A DNA stretch of 49,242 nucleotides, counting the filler, from Sphacelaria rigidula (lineage: Eukaryota), in the NCBI GenBank assembly GCA_964200075.2. It is 3 parts of 3 records of this genome, joined end to end, with 100 filler letters (N's around TTAATTAATTAA, not from the genome) between each part and the next. Parts side by side here need not be neighbours in the genome. Positions count along the whole stretch, not along the records: positions 1 to 16,350 come from CAXNAA020001390.1; positions 16,451 to 32,796 come from CAXNAA020001391.1; 1 more part is not named here. One strand, 5' to 3'. Under the pieces are notes generated by a model, which was not told the DNA's origin, did not search any database, and saw nothing but the letters and a program-made list of their open reading frames with translations. Position 1 is the stretch's first letter, and each line of letters opens with the position of its first letter. Shown piece after piece: positions 12,465 through 24,674 of this stretch. A program made the translations under genes and the position numbers.

Positions 12465-14530
12465 CTCAACTCGCGCTAACTCATTCTCGTATGAAGCAGT
12501 GGTACGTACCCATTCCCACTGGATGAGTTATACCAAATAACTCATCGATGCCTTTATCCATAGGTGAGTTGTGCGGGATAGCTCGGCGGTACCATTTCCC
12601 ACTGGCCGTGGTGCACTATATAACTCTATGGTTTGTTCTTCTGCTGTCCGAGTTATACTGGAAAGCTCACTGGTACCGTTTTTCACCGGCTGTGATGTAC
12701 GATAAAACTCAGTGATACCGGTGTTGTTCCTTTCAATATTCCGGGGGCATTTTACTGCGATAATAATTCATCATGCGCGGCGTACATTGGAGATGGCCAT
12801 GCTCCAAAGCATAAAATATGCCGAGATAAGAGAAACAGACGTCCTTGGAATAGACGGGTCCACATCAGCGCGGCAAGGTGGCGCTACAGATCTCCGCACG
12901 GGCTGAGGCACCCAGATGGGAAAGGATGCGCATCATTGCGGAGGGAGGAAACACTCAAAACACGAAATGTATTGCGGCATAGTAATACACGACGAAGCTG
13001 ACACTGTGTGCTAGTAGCCGTCAGTGCAACGAGTACTACAGTACTGACTGTACGATGCAAACCACGCCTGAGCAGGGCCGGAATACCCGCCATCCACCCG
13101 TGAATATTGTAACTTGCGCTCTGTCCATATCTGGGACGAAGTGAAATGAAGAAAAAATACGCAGAAGGGCGATCAGATAATTGTCGGAGAAATGTCAAGC
13201 TGTGGACGCGGGAGCGCCTGCACCACGAATTAATGGATGATTCCGCTAGGAGGATACCACACCAACTGCCCTTGTCCTCGTGAGACTGTTGTGGTACTCG
13301 GCAGTCGGACACAGTCGGGAAGGAGACGTCGCCCCCTTCCCGAACAGCTCTGCAGTGATCCTTGGCACATGACAATGTTCTGCTCGGCTCGGCTGTACGG
13401 CCGCGTCTTGCTCGACATGGCGCATAAAAGCCAAGGCCATTGCCCTATAAGATATGGAGAACCTTGACGTACGGTTATATCCTGCCTTGGTGTCAGCCTC
13501 GACCGACAGGGGGCCGACGTAAATAACAACGCTGGCAGGATCTGCCCCTGTCTCCACGCGGATTTCGTATCTTTTCCCTCTAGAAAATTGTCATTAGAAA
13601 GTGATGTAACTTTCGGAATCACCGCAGCATCCATCGTGCATAGTCATCCTTTGAAGCCATACAGCGCACAAAACGTCGGGGGTCGCCAAAACTGCAGCGT
13701 CAACACCTACCCGCGGCTTCAAGCTGGCGATACGTCAAGTTTAAGCATCATCAGACGCTAGGTGTGCGGTGTGTAGGCCCTTATCCCCAAAATGCCGCTT
13801 CCACATTTTTGAATAGGAACAATATCGGGTACATTCTTCTGCCAGCCGAGTTACACGGTATAACCCAGCGGTATCATTTTCCACTCGACGAGTTATACGG
13901 CATGCCTCAGCGGTACCTTATTCGGCAGGCTGACTTGCACGGAATGATAGCGGTGTATGCTGCCGCTTGGGTTAATTCACGCATGAAGGTGTACCGCTTA
14001 CGTGCTTCGCGTTGTTGTACTGTTCCGAGATTTGTCCTCACCACCACACCCACACCCACCCACCCACACGCGCGCCCGCGCTTCACAAATATCAAAGATA
14101 ATTGAGTTACGTGCGACACACGGCACACAACACGAAAGTTTTGTATGGCGTCCGCCATGGGCTCCCTAGGTGCAACAACAGATGAAAATAGCAGGGAACA
14201 CGATGACATGGATCTCATCAGCGAGCCATAGCAGCAGCAGCAGCCGCTTTGACCTTTTCTGCAAGCAGTACTCGAATTTTCCTGAGCAAGGTCCGCGGTC
14301 TTCGTTCCAAGGTAACCGAGAAGCACACGTCGCACCACTAAACTCACCGTAACTCGCGTGAACTTATTTTTGCATAACTTAGCGCGGAGTTACACCATAT
14401 AAATCAGTGATGCCTACTTCCAATGGCTGAGATATACGGTATAACCCAGTGCTACCTATTTCCACTGGCTGAGTCATCAGGTATAACTCAGTGGTACATC
14501 CACTGGTTATGCCGTATGAGCTGGGCAAGC
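12465..14530. repeat. Three clusters (~12465-12780, ~13830-13990, ~14340-14530) of a degenerate 42-bp tandem unit, GAGTTATACGGTATAACTCAGTGGTACC..TTTCCACTGGCT
   Basis: The 42-nt period is visible at GAG starts 14387, 14429, 14471 and 13848, 13890. Each unit has an internal GAGTTATA/TATAACTC dyad. Confidence 0.75.
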
Positions 14531-15289
14531 CTAACAATCTATTTCAGCTCTCACAGCCACATCTCATCGACACAGACAAATTGGGTCGTGATTTGCACAT
14601 CGTATTAATTGTCTCATCAAGGAAAAGATGTCTTCACTCGAAAGCCTGAGCCATTTTTTCTCGTTGAACAAATCACACGTCGAGTATTCCCGTACCGTAC
14701 GAAGACAGGGTCCATACTAGAGATTATGTAAAATGCGAATGATTTATACAGCGGATGGCGACGATTTTTGGTGTGAATATTCCCCGGAGCATGGGGAAAC
14801 GATCGGTACCCTCACCTTCAACTAACCCGTTGTCTGTCTAGAGATATAGCGCACATAAGTTTTTATACTAAACTTCATGTATTACAAGGAGAGGGGCTAA
14901 ATGCACTGGATCTGGACTTCGCGTCTCAGAGTATAGAGTCGTCCTTTGAATTTCGGTGCGGAGAATCGCGAGGGCACAATAAAAAATAAAACAGCTCCTT
15001 GAGATTATTCATGTTTTTCATTTCTTCAGGGCCGTTTTAGTAAAAAAAATGACATGGTTTGTGGCCCTGATCTCAGTTTCTCGGCCCACTTTTTAGAATC
15101 GCAATTTAAAATGGAGAATAAGAATCGCAAGGGCATACTGTAAACGAAAAAAAGTGGGCCTTCATTTTTTATAATTGGTTAGTTGAGGGCGTTCTCGTGA
15201 AAACCTGGTCTTCGCTTTACTAAAACGCTAAAAAGCCGCTGCTTATGGCAAACAAGAACAAGGTCTTGCAACAGTGCTCTCTTGGTCCT

Positions 15290-15625
15290 TCGTCGTTTTA
15301 CGCCCCAAAAGAGAGCTAGGTGGAATTCGACACCTTGGAATGACTTGCTCTACTCGTTGAGACGGTTCCACGACATGTTCGCGGTTTCCGGGGGCCGCAA
15401 ATTGATTCCTGGCCAAATGTGCATTTCTGTCCAAGAACGGTGAAGAGCGACCAAATCTTCAAGAAAATGTCACTCTCCTCTGGACTTGACGGTCTCTGGA
15501 CAAAAATGATCGTTTGGCCAGAAAGCGAAATACGGCCACCAGAAACGCGAAGATGTCCTGGAACCGTCTCAACTAGTAGAGCAAGTTATCCCAAGATGTC
15601 AAACGCTGCGTAGCTCTCTTTCAGG
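15290..15625. mobile_element. Uninterrupted copy of the palindromic MITE family; a further fragment lies at ~20410-20475
   Basis: Self-complementary arms (CTTGCTCTACTCGTTGAGACGGTTCCA / TGGAACCGTCTCAACTAGTAGAGCAAG), colinear with 18980-19297. Confidence 0.8.
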
Positions 15626-15689
15626 CTAATTCTCATTATTCGAAAAAACAAATGTAAAAAAAGCCGTTTTCTGATAATCTACCAGAAAT

Positions 15690-16065
15690 TCACTTTTCAC
15701 AGGCTGGTTCACGGGAAAGACCCCGAAAACACTAATCGGCAACACTTCACGCCGTTTGGGGAGTTAGACCCTAAATTTTTGCACAAATATGCCATGGGTC
15801 ATGACGCAACTCTCGAAGGTTGAGTTTTTGCTTCACTTCTTGGCTTTTTTCACCGGTTTTCGGGGTTCTCAAATGTTTCGAGGAAACTTCGATCTAGTCA
15901 GACCCCTGTGGAACGGTGATAAAAGAGAAAATAAAAAACCTCGCTCATCCGAATTTGCGTCATTGCCCATAGCACATTCGTGCAAAATTTCAGGGTGTAA
16001 CTCCTTAAAACGGTGTGAAGTTTTTCGCGTTCGTGCGATGAACCTTCCCGTGCCACGGTGAAATC
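15690..16065. mobile_element. Second palindromic MITE-like element
   Basis: CTTCACGCCGTTTGGGGAGTTAGACCCTAAATTTTTGCACAAATATGCCATGGGTCATGACGCAA pairs imperfectly with TTGCGTCATTGCCCATAGCACATTCGTGCAAAATTTCAGGGTGTAACTCCTTAAAACGGTGTGAAG. Boundaries are approximate. Confidence 0.7.
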
Positions 16066-16350
16066 GCAAACTACTACCACGTAGTACATTTTAGTATTGA
16101 AATGGGGTTTGGGGGCCTTCTTTGACGTGAACATGAAAAGTCAACCGTCAGTTGATCGAGTTTGGTCACGAAACTTTGTGGGGTTCTTCCTTGGGTTTTG
16201 CGCGACCTTGTGTTTGCGAAGAAAATAACAACGATATCGTAGTGCCAGTTTTCCGGGGTCCCAGAATGGGGATGTGTTGTGTGTGTGTGTGTGTTGTGTT
16301 GTCGTCCCATTTATTCTGGGCACCAGTCTACCTCTTTCGGGATATGTGGG

Positions 16351-16450
16351 NNNNNNNNNNNNNNNNNNNNNNNNNNNNNNNNNNNNNNNNNNNNTTAATT
16401 AATTAANNNNNNNNNNNNNNNNNNNNNNNNNNNNNNNNNNNNNNNNNNNN
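16351..16450. other. Artificial scaffold linker (44 N + TTAATTAATTAA + 44 N)
   Basis: Exactly 100 nt. The palindromic 12-mer gives stop codons in all six frames. Identical to 32797-32896. Confidence 0.97.
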
Positions 16451-18504
16451 ATGCTCCCACTAAAACCCCCTATCAACTTGGCGCAGTACACGCGCCGCCC
16501 TGCTCCTGAGAGCTTCAGCCCTAGGACCCGAAGAGTTGGAGTGGGCGTTGTCATAGCTCGACGTATTGCTATTTTGTTGAGGTATAATGTGTTTGCCTTT
16601 GTTAAATAAGGCATCTCAGACTTGAAACACCTTATCAGGCAACCCCTTTTCGAAAAGGGACTCTAAGGCAGAACGTAAGGCATGCCCCATCGGTCAGGGC
16701 CTAGTTGGGTCATAACTGGGACCCACATCACACTGGAAAATTATACCATTTGTTTTGGCAACCACTCCGCATTTTTTGTACAAACATGAGGATTTGAGCT
16801 CGTCTGCAGACTGCTTAAATCCTCTCGCGATAAAATGTAAAGGCAGGCACCGCAAAAGGAAGGTGAAGAACTAAAACAAACAAACAAAAAACTCCCGTGT
16901 TAGCCTTCCTCCAGTGTGACCCCGGCTGGTGCGCCTACATATTATTGACCGAATGATCTAGATCGGTGTCCAGAATAGATGGGACGACAACACTTCAGGC
17001 GATTTATCCCTGGGATTGATTTTCCGGAACCAAGTACGTTAAGCACGGTTTTTCAGCTGGCTGTGAGGAATTCCCCAATTCCTCGCATCTGAGCAGAAAG
17101 GTGATGAACCAAAACTCAACGTCCAGAGAGACGGGCATTGATCTGGTTTCCTCACGGCTAGCCGAAAAATATTGCGCAACGGACTGGGGTCCGAAAATCA
17201 CTCCACTGGAGAAAATTGCCTGTAGGCTGAAAGCCTCATATTTCCTTATATTTATACAAGTACGGATTGGTTGCCACAAAAAATAGCTTTAGCAAAGACG
17301 CCGAATCCGAGCAAGGGGCCTTACAGACTGGAATTCGTTACGCAGCCCCCCCCCCCCCCAGAGGTGGTCGAGGATGAGAAACTCGAGAAATAGTGTCCAA
17401 AAAACCTTCTTATTCCTGTTTCTTCGCCAGAATACGGAATGTAAGGGTACTCAACCACCACGATGTTGGCTTGTACCCGAGCAGCCCAAAACCGAGGAGT
17501 TCGGGCATATCAGTCGTTCTGGCGGCCGCGGGGAAGAGAACGTGGTGGTTGAATGGTGTCTTTGGGATAGGTGTTAGTATGATGGGGTAATGCTGGAGAA
17601 AGCTGCGTACTCACGACATGAAGCCGATGGCGTTCTGTTTGTCCATCAAGGAAAGTGTACTACGAGTTGAACGTACTGCTGAGGGACACCAAAGGTACGC
17701 ACTACCACTGCGATTTGACTGTATAATTCCAACCGGCATAGAAATGTTGAGATAGTTCTTCCATGGTATCAAACAATTGTAGATGATTCGAGGATAATCA
17801 CCTGGTGTCCGCGTAGGCAGTGCCCGCGGTGGGACAGCTGTGTCGAAGGGTAATCTCTAATGGGCGGTATCCTGCACAGCGACGCAAATGAAAGGGACAA
17901 ATGAGAATCTCGTGAAGATGGTGTCGCTAAAGAAAGCAGTCGACAAGTCACGGTTCTGTAATATTTATTCATGCTGGCATAATGTATTCTAACAGTGTGT
18001 GGGCTTGACAACAACCACGGCTAGCCGCTACGTTTCCAGAACTTTTCACAGATGTATGTATGGCGCCGCATGCTGTCGAGTGGATCATTACGAGAGGATG
18101 CTGTTGCCACGAATAATAATGGACACTTGAACATTACTTACGTCAACGTACACCTACCACCTGCCGTGCAACCGTACCATACATGACTTGTACACAAGCC
18201 TGGCACAAGCTGGGGAAAGCCGTTCATGCGCGTACTGCACCGTACAGTACCTACTATCGTGGTTATTTACCTAATCAGGGGGGTGCCCACCCCTCGAAAA
18301 GGGGGTACCCCCCCCCCCCTCCCCCGTCGCCAAGAATGAGGTTTTCGGGAATTTGAGGCCCTGCGTAACATTCCAGTCTGTAAGGCCCCTTGATCCGAGG
18401 TGCCTTGTGCGACTTCATTGGAGAATGACCAACTCACATCCGGTTTGCCCACTCGGGGTATTCAAAGATATTTCACAAAAAATGTCAACCCGGGGATGGT
18501 ATAT

Positions 18505-18748
18505 GAGTGATTCTGATACACGATGAGGGGCGTTGATTCCACGAAAAAATGCTCATGGGTGTGTCAGTCGACCTGAAACGCTCACTGCGTGATCGTATTT
18601 GGGTGAAGATCGTGTCAAGCAGTATGAAGTACCAATGACTTGTGATTTTTTGGTAACATCCTCGTTTGGATAACTGTTGCTGTTTTCGTAAAAAAATGGC
18701 CCTAAATATCCCCCTCCTCCCTCTCTATCGTACTGTATAGGATGACCC
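18505..18748. mobile_element. Older, diverged copy of the same Sola-like MITE family
   Basis: Ends are GAGTGATTCT..ACGATGAGGGG and CTATCGTA..TAGGATGACCC. Internal blocks are colinear with 31963-32219 (CACGAAAAAA, GCTCATRGGTGTGTCAG, TCGTATTTGG, GTGTCARGCAGTATG). Flanks are ATAT and ATGT. Confidence 0.75.
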
Positions 18749-18939
18749 ATGTACGCTATCGAAATAGCTCAAGGTGAACGTAATTTTCGTCGAATTGAGC
18801 AACGTTGGGCTCCGAAATCGCCAGATTGAGTTTTCAAGTCTTAGCTCTCAATCGCAACACGGCGAAACCCCCTCAGAGGGACTCAGATGAGGTATACCAC
18901 ACTTGGGGTTCAGGCTACTCCTTAGGCCGCTGCTTATAA

Positions 18940-20360
18940 CAAAGAAGAAAGATCTGGAAAAGTGACTTTTTGGAGCTTTCACGTCGTTTTACGCCCTAAA
19001 AGAGAACTAGGCGGAGCTTTACATTTTGGAACTACTTGCTCTCCTCGTTGAGGCGGCTCCAGGACATCTTCGCGTTTTCGGGGGGCGCAGTTTTTATTTT
19101 GGCCACAACAGCATTATTGTGCAAGAACGGTCAAGAACGGTGAAACGTAGGAAAAATCGCCATCTTTCTCGGGACTTGACCGTCTCTGGACAAAAATGCT
19201 TGTTTGGCCGAAATAAAAACTGCAGCCACCAGAACATGCGAACTTGTCCTGGAACCGCCTCAACGAGTGGAGCGAGTAATTCCAAGGTGTCAAACTCCGC
19301 TAAAAGTATATCCACGTATATAGGTGGATCCTTATTTCCACCGTCACCTATTATCATGACCGATCCCGCGTTTTTTTTTTTTTAATTCGGGGGCCCACAT
19401 TTTTTTCATCTGCTGCCCGTCACGGATGTTTGCAAACAAAGGGAAGCCTTGACTTGTAACCTGGCACTACTGTATTGTCTGTGCTTGCAGAGTACAGCCT
19501 GTACTCGGACGTGCAGCAGTACAAGGTTACAAGTACAGCCTACAGCTGTGCCGTGTTTGTGAAGCACAGCCTATACTTGTATTGTCGTACTGTTCGAAAA
19601 ATCCACGGCCTGTCTGTACTTGTGAATACCGGTACTCATGTGCCCTGCTGTAACAGCCTGACACTGCATTGTACTACCGTTATACCGTAAACACTACATC
19701 GTGCAGGATGTATTGTGCCCGTCATCTAAAAAAAAAAACTCATCCACGGCACCACCGGATGATGAACGATCGAATTGGGTGTTTTCAGACGACAGATTTA
19801 CCCAGGATGGTTACTGGGGTTTTCCCGATCTTGCATTACTCAGCTGGCTTGGACGCGAACCCCGGCACTTTTTGCGCTGTAACCTTGTACTACTGCATGC
19901 CCGAGTAGAGGCTGTACTCTGCAAGCACAGGCAATACAGTCGTGCCAGGTTACAAGCATGGGCTGTACTCGCGAGCACAGTAGGTAGCTGTGCTTTGCTA
20001 ATACAGTACAGCACTATCCCGTCTGCACTGTAGGGTTCGAGGCTACATGCAGATGCACGCACATGACAGTGGATGCAGATGCAGAGGATATGGCTACTGA
20101 CTGCTGCCTGCATTCCGGTACACGTGAAGGCTTCACTTTGTTCGCAAACATCCGTAATGGGCAGCAGATGAAAAACACGTGGGTTCTCGAATTGAAAAAA
20201 ACAACGCGGGATCGGTCATGATATTAGGTGACGGTGGAAATGAGGATCCACCTACATAGGTGGATATTCTTTTTGTGGTCAAACTCCGCCTAGCTCTCTT
20301 TTAGGGCGTGAAAAAACGTAGCTCCAGAAAGGCACTGTTCCAGAACTTTGTTTTTGTAAA
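18940..20360. mobile_element. Palindromic MITE of about 430 bp, interrupted by the 19298-20277 insertion
   Basis: Removing the insert and one TSD restores a fold-back: CGCCCTAAAAGAGAACTAGGCGGAG... pairs with ...CTCCGCCTAGCTCTCTTTTAGGGCG. It belongs to the same family as 15290-15625. Confidence 0.8.
19298..20277. mobile_element. Non-autonomous foldback element with long TIRs (about 160 bp) and a 9-bp TSD GTCAAACTC; Mutator (MULE)-like
   Basis: 19298-~19460 is the reverse complement of ~20115-20277. The TSD lies at 19289-19297 and 20278-20286. An extra internal inverted pair lies at ~19452-19530 and ~19878-19957. Confidence 0.85.
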
Positions 20361-21291
20361 AAGGTGAGCGAGACAATCTCCTGTAAAAATGATTTTTTGT
20401 TCTTCCTTGAAGATCGTCGTTTTAGGCCCTGGAAGAGAGCTGGGCGGAGTTCGACACCTTGGGACGACTTGCCCCAACAACTGCGTGTCTTGTGGATGTC
20501 AGGTGTATAGGGCTGGCAGAGACCAATGTGTACCGACTACCCTCGTTGACACCTGTTCGCCACCAGATACTGCCAGATTCTGAGGGCTCAGCGGCAGTTA
20601 TTACCCAACGTGCAGTGTGTACACCGTTCTGCATCCTACCCTGTTGGGTGGTATGCGTTGTTGCAGTTCTGAGGAGAGGAGTGTGACACCGACTCTACAC
20701 GTACATGGGGAGGGAGGGCACACGTGGGACTGCTGTTTTTGGTGTTGGTGTTACTGTTGAAAGACTATTTACGTCGCTGGGTGTGCTGTGAATCTTGAGA
20801 ATAGCACGCGTCTCCACACATGAGGTACAGCCACGTGTTGGTGAGGTGTCTAGGATACGTCTTGGGGTGAGGAGCAGTCAAATAGTGTATGAAATAGTTC
20901 CGGTTTCAAAATGCCCCTCCGAGGCTCCGTCCGCTTTCTGTAATAGCTTTCCACTGAAGTCTTTGACATCCCTGGGTACAATATCGACGTATTGCTGTAT
21001 GCATACGACAGTGTTTCAGGCAAAAAAAAAGCATACACAGAGTGAAAAAGTGGTCACATTAGAACGAATAGTGAGCTGAAGCAACGCTAGACTTCTCTAT
21101 GTCACGAAACATTGTTGTACGTGCGCTGACTATCTGCAAGAGACGCGGACATGGCTCGTATGGTACCAGTTCTATTTTTTTTTACTTCGGTCACTTGGTT
21201 CTGGTTGCCATCTGGGCTATTGTGCATAATTGTACTGTCCCGGTTGTTTGTATCTCAGTTCTCCTCACAAGTTCAAGTCACTTGCTGACTG

Positions 21292-23094
21292 CCAACTAAG
21301 CTTGTGTTCAATCATGGTGTTATTGCTTCCCGTGTCGCTGTGCAGGGTCTGCGGTGAATGATCGCTCGGTGCTTTGCGGATTTTACGACACCAGCGGAGG
21401 CCCCGAGTGGCTCGAAAACTGGAAGACCGCTGAAGACCTATCGCGTTGGACTGGCGTTACCGTCAATGCGGAGGGGCGTGTCATCAAGCTACATCTGTCT
21501 GGGGGCAGGTTGACGGGTAGGCGACTACTATTATAGAATGAAAACGACGTTGTGCGGTCATGCCGGCCGCGATGTGTACGGTCGGCCCCTGACATGACTC
21601 TTCATGCTAACGGTATCAGCACGCGAGTTGAGCACGACGAATATTGTTTCAGTTTCCTCTCGAAAGCCACAACTAAGCTTTTCATCACGCGTATGAAGGT
21701 CGTGTCGTGGACGAGTCCGTTTGAGGTCATCGATAAGCCGAGCATACACGAGGATGTGACATCGGGTGCGACCGGCTTCGTTGGTAGTGTCTTTGCCTCC
21801 TGCAGATAATTAACGTAATTGTTGGCAAGGTCTAATAGATGGATGGCGACAGACGTTCACTTGGCTTACGTGGACGCGGGAGACCTGCCCTGGCTGTTTT
21901 GAACACGTACGATGTATATATCTGGATATTACAGTGCTGTTGGGACTCTCGTTGGAAAATCTGAAGGAAATAAATGAATGATGTGGTACAGCGTGTACGC
22001 CTCGTAGCAAAGCATTATCAACCACGTCGCCCACGTACAGGGCTATAGCAACCGACAGATTCTACACACAGCATGATGCTCAAAATCGCTTCGTCGTGGT
22101 TGAACCAAGAGGCGATCAGTGACGCTTTGAAGTTAAGTCAACAAAGTTACACGAACATTGTACTTTTTTCGTTCCGTTACCCTGTCATAGCATGCTTTGG
22201 TTCCGTCGGGTTGTCTTGCCTTGGCCTGGCTTGCCCTGTTTGGTATGCCGACCTGTGTAGTTACCGTATTTTGACTTCTGGTCTCTGACGGCCCGAGTAC
22301 CTCGTGGCTGATGATTTTTCTTATTTCGGTTTGTCCCTTGGAAGCGTACGTATGCTCTTGTCTTCGTTATATTTTTGCTAGCATTTTTGTAGAACCCCGC
22401 CGTTCGGGGGCTTTGTGCCATGTTATCCTTTTCTTGGGAGTATAATTCATGTTTCCATGTATTCTTTTTTTCGGACATGTCTCTGCGATCGCACGGATGC
22501 TAGTTTTTATTTCAAAAGGCAAAAAACAACTGTCCGCGGTTTGAGGCAGAAGAGTTGTCCAACCACTATCTAATTGTATGCTCCGCGATTTCTCAATCGC
22601 TTGGGTCAGATACCTGTTTTTTTAACAAATTTGCTGGCTAACCTTCGACGTCGGTGACCCCGACTACACTACACTAGCTGAGCAGCTCCCATATTCTTGA
22701 GAGTAGCATCCACAATGACTCTGTACCGTGGATCCCGTGGTGGCCAACCCCTGACTCACGGCTGTTGTCCCACTGACGCCTGTTGCTTTTGCACATAATT
22801 CCCAGTGGTTGATGTTTCAGGGTGATCCGCACGCAACGTACTACTAAAACCTGCAGTACAGAAGTTCTAGGTCAATCCCCGCCGACGAAACAGGGAAATA
22901 TTCTACATCCTTTGATGTCTGAATCGCCACAGCACGAGCAGGCCACCATGAAGTGTTCGGCTCGTATGGACTTGGATGAACACAAGGTTGGCCTCCCCAC
23001 GGCGGATAGCGGAGCACCGGGTCGGTTTTCGTAGATAATGGGGGCTTCGTCCAGGGCTCCACCATTTGGTTCTACTCGTCCACCCTCACACCGG
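21292..23094. repeat. Left arm of a long inverted duplication (partner 30733-32796)
   Basis: Near-identical reverse complement of the right arm. The mirrored ORFs show it (MVEPWTKPPL... at 22844-23065 minus and 30762-30974 plus). The outer limit is unknown because the partner ends at the scaffold edge. Confidence 0.95.
21346..21516 (+). CDS. LRR N-terminal cap exon (171 nt, phase 1-1) of an LRR protein of the brown-algal LRR/ROCO type; isolated exon, left arm of the inverted duplication
   Basis: Splice sites are ctgtgcag|GG...ACG G|gtagg. The translation SAVNDRSVLCGFYDTSGGPEWLENWKTAEDLSRWTGVTVNAEGRVIKLHLSGGRLTG fits the DRxxLxxxxxxTGGxxW..NW......W.GV......RV..L.L....L.G cap pattern. Confidence 0.8.
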
Positions 23095-23341
23095 TGTTCA
23101 TGTTAGCTTCAATGCCTGAACACAACTACTCGCTACTTCTCCTAAATACAAACACTCTGAGGTGCTTCGGGCTCCTCGACTGAAGCGGAGCGCAACTGAA
23201 GTTTGAGGAAGTTTGTTTTAAACCGGGTTGCATGGCTGTTCCTCTGAAAATTTGAAATTCTCAACTTCAAACGTGAAAAGGCAACGGCCGTGCCCTCTCT
23301 GAATCCAAGTATCCTTGCATACAAAAGTTAAGCGAGGCTAG

Positions 23342-23452
23342 TACACCGGCGGGGGACAACGGGACCACGTGGGGAGCCCTACTGTTCAAAGTTTAAAATC
23401 GATGTTCACGTCAAATCGGTCTCCCCACGTTGTTCCGTCGTCCCTCACCGTA
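23342..23452. mobile_element. Very short TIR element (about 110 bp)
   Basis: GGGGACAACGGGACCACGTGGGGAG pairs imperfectly with CTCCCCACGTTGTTCCGTCGTCCCT. Confidence 0.55.
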
Positions 23453-24674
23453 GTACCAGCCTGGCTTCACTTTTGACGTGAACGTGCAATGTGCAACGTG
23501 TGTGTAGTGTGTATGGTGTGCTCGTTGTTCGCTTGAATGAGTTTGTTTTGAGGCGCTGTTTGAATTGTGTGGATGCAGTTCATAATAATCAAACTCTTTA
23601 GCTTGCACAGATGTTGCGACTTCGGTGCAGTTTGGTACCGTGACCACCTCTGAGCAGACGGGAGTACGCGCGGTGGAGCAACGAAAGGTAGCTATGGTCA
23701 GGTTTTTCTGCCGTATTGCCGACAGCGTCGCGCGAAAGCCACAAGACCCTTGCTGTCGGCGGTTGATGGCGTGGGTCTCGAATGCAACGACATGCGGTTG
23801 ATCGTAGAGCACTTTCGTCTCTCCTCCAAGTTGTGATAATCCATTATCTCCTGATATCGGAATAATTATTACTTGTGGGAAGCTACTCGTACTGTACCGA
23901 GCTGTTCACGCGACCAGCGTGTGCTGCAGATTCCCCATGCGCCACGCTAGCAACAGTTAAGTCACCACCATAAGTATCTTCCTTCACTCCGCATGTAAAT
24001 AAAGTCTCTACAAGTGTTTGGTCTCTCATACACCCCCCCCTCAACTGGCGTGTGGCACGCCCTTCTGCTCGGGCACCCGGTTGGAGGAGGTCGGCCAAAA
24101 TCAACGATGAATAACACCCCCTACGTTCATATTGGATTTATCTGCCATTGCCGCAGCACCGCTCCTTGCTAGCATGTGTGTGACAGAGAACAGTAGTAGC
24201 GGTGACGGGAACATTGCCCCTATTTTTCAACCACATGTTTTTCAGGGCACAGAGGCGCGTCCTGTCCAAAACGAGAGGTGGAGAGAAATCGACCTTCGCG
24301 TTGGCGACAGGCAAGAAGAGACGACGGAATCTCTCCGCACGTCGATGTTCTGGCACATGAAAAAATTGGAACATGCTGGTGTAATAAGATGATGCCACTT
24401 TCTCAAGCGATTGGTAATGGCCGAGCGAGGACACACAAAGGACATGGGCGAGGAGCTTCCTCTCTGTCGTTGCTTCTCTCTCTGGTGATATCGTCATCGA
24501 CAAGCGTGTACACCGCATTCGTTAGGTGCACCTCGCCACAGCTGCTCAACTGCTGCGGACATCTGGGGGGGAAGATGGCTTCGCTCGGTCGCAAGTGTTT
24601 CGCTTCTTCCCTGCCAAAGAGAAATGCCACTTCAACCTCATATTTTGTATGAACCCCATTTTCTAGGATCCACT

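Noticed and set aside
12465-14530. 42-bp dyad repeats as a CRISPR array
   Set aside because: The units are adjacent and degenerate with no unique spacers. There are no cas genes and the context is eukaryotic.
16395-16406. TTAATTAATTAA palindrome (also at 32841-32852) as a recombination or piggyBac-like site
   Set aside because: It sits between symmetric runs of 44 N, so it is an artificial six-frame-stop linker.
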